DNA from: Aulosira sp. ZfuVER01
GTDB taxonomy: Bacteria > Cyanobacteriota > Cyanobacteriia > Cyanobacteriales > Nostocaceae
Length of the DNA: 64,000 nucleotides
Assembly: GCA_034530615.2 (NCBI GenBank)
Contig: JAVRCV020000041.1
Span: 1-64,000 of the forward strand
Direction of reading: 5' to 3'
Both the position numbers and the translations under genes were made by a program. This document shows, in pieces, positions 63,464 to 64,000 of this stretch; the first letter of the stretch is position 1, and every line of letters begins with the position of its first letter. Under the pieces are notes generated by a model. It saw only the letters and a list, made by a program, of their open reading frames with translations. It ran no database searches and was not told the DNA's origin.

Positions 63464-64000
63464 TTAGGATTCTGACTGAAAGCTATTGAGTTGGATGAGA
63501 GCGTAGTAAGAAATCGCTAAACTAATCTTTGCTTGCTCGACTTCTGATAAATCTGTCCATTCCCGATCGCCAAACTTAGTCGTGATAGCGTTGGGGTTTT
63601 GTGGTTCGCCGCTGCGCATAGCGTAGGCATAAGGACGGGCTAAAACTAAGAGGTCTTCTGCTCCCCAAGTAGGTAATACATCTTGAACGCACTGAACTAA
63701 TTGCTCACCAATTGACTGTTGGGAAATAAAAATCTCAGTAGCGTTCTGGGCAATTTTATTTAGCCAGCCTTGGGGTACTAGTGAAGCAAAAGCTGCTTGT
63801 AAAGCTTGTTGAAGATTGGCCATCATCATCTGGCTGATATGGCTTTTAGAATCTGAAGCAATGGCAGTTTCAGACCACAATGCATCGATTTGGCTATAAA
63901 AATCTTGCGATCGCCTGGTAAGTTCTTCTTCTGACCACAAATCATCACTAATGAACTGCTGTTCTAATTCGGCAAAATAAGCTTCTGATTCTTCATCAGC
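63464..64000 (-). CDS. patU: PatU/PatU3 heterocyst-pattern protein, C-terminal part (5' end outside window)
   Basis: Frame is open to the window edge (ADEESEAYFAELEQQF...); LVQCV..LP.W..EDLLVLARPYAYAMR and W..LSEVEQAK.SLAI match recalled PatU3. Confidence 0.7.
   Translation of the reverse strand, partial: ADEESEAYFAELEQQFISDDLWSEEELTRRSQDFYSQIDALWSETAIASDSKSHISQMMMANLQQALQAAFASLVPQGWLNKIAQNATEIFISQQSIGEQLVQCVQDVLPTWGAEDLLVLARPYAYAMRSGEPQNPNAITTKFGDREWTDLSEVEQAKISLAISYYALIQLNSFQSES

Larger units (their letters stand above)
1..64000. repeat. HIP1 octamer GCGATCGC dispersed through the window
   Basis: Dozens of copies in core genes, sparse in 21438-29583. Confidence 0.95.

Overview
64-kb chromosomal window of a heterocyst-forming cyanobacterium (Nostoc/Anabaena-like; frequent HIP1 GCGATCGC, heptamer STRR tracts, NtcA boxes, partial patU). 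In order: a FUSC-family membrane gene; an unannotated array of sixteen shuffled 21-bp modules abutting a decayed toxin-antitoxin patch (relE with an internal stop, mazF tail); an orphan FkbM methyltransferase; bioU; about 26 kb of surface-polysaccharide genes (fcl, gmd, rfbP, rfbZ, rmlBACD, a Tat-exported GH141-like beta-helix protein, an AT-rich GT/wzy/FkbM/wzx cassette, wzc, a priming GT, galE); pgsA; aspartase/fumarase, DUF362 and the NsiR4 sRNA; ppa, panD and an MBL-fold protein lacking metal ligands; a complete nitrate-assimilation cluster (cnaT, ntcB, nirB, Rieske, nirA-nrtABCD-nrtP-narB, psiE-like, narM) with a CBS/PAS/cyanobacteriochrome-GAF hybrid kinase between ntcB and nirB and a second NtcA-type promoter before nrtP; FHA-PrsW; and the 3' part of patU. 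No rRNA, tRNA, CRISPR array or intact transposase was seen. All family calls come from motif recognition and recall, not database searches.
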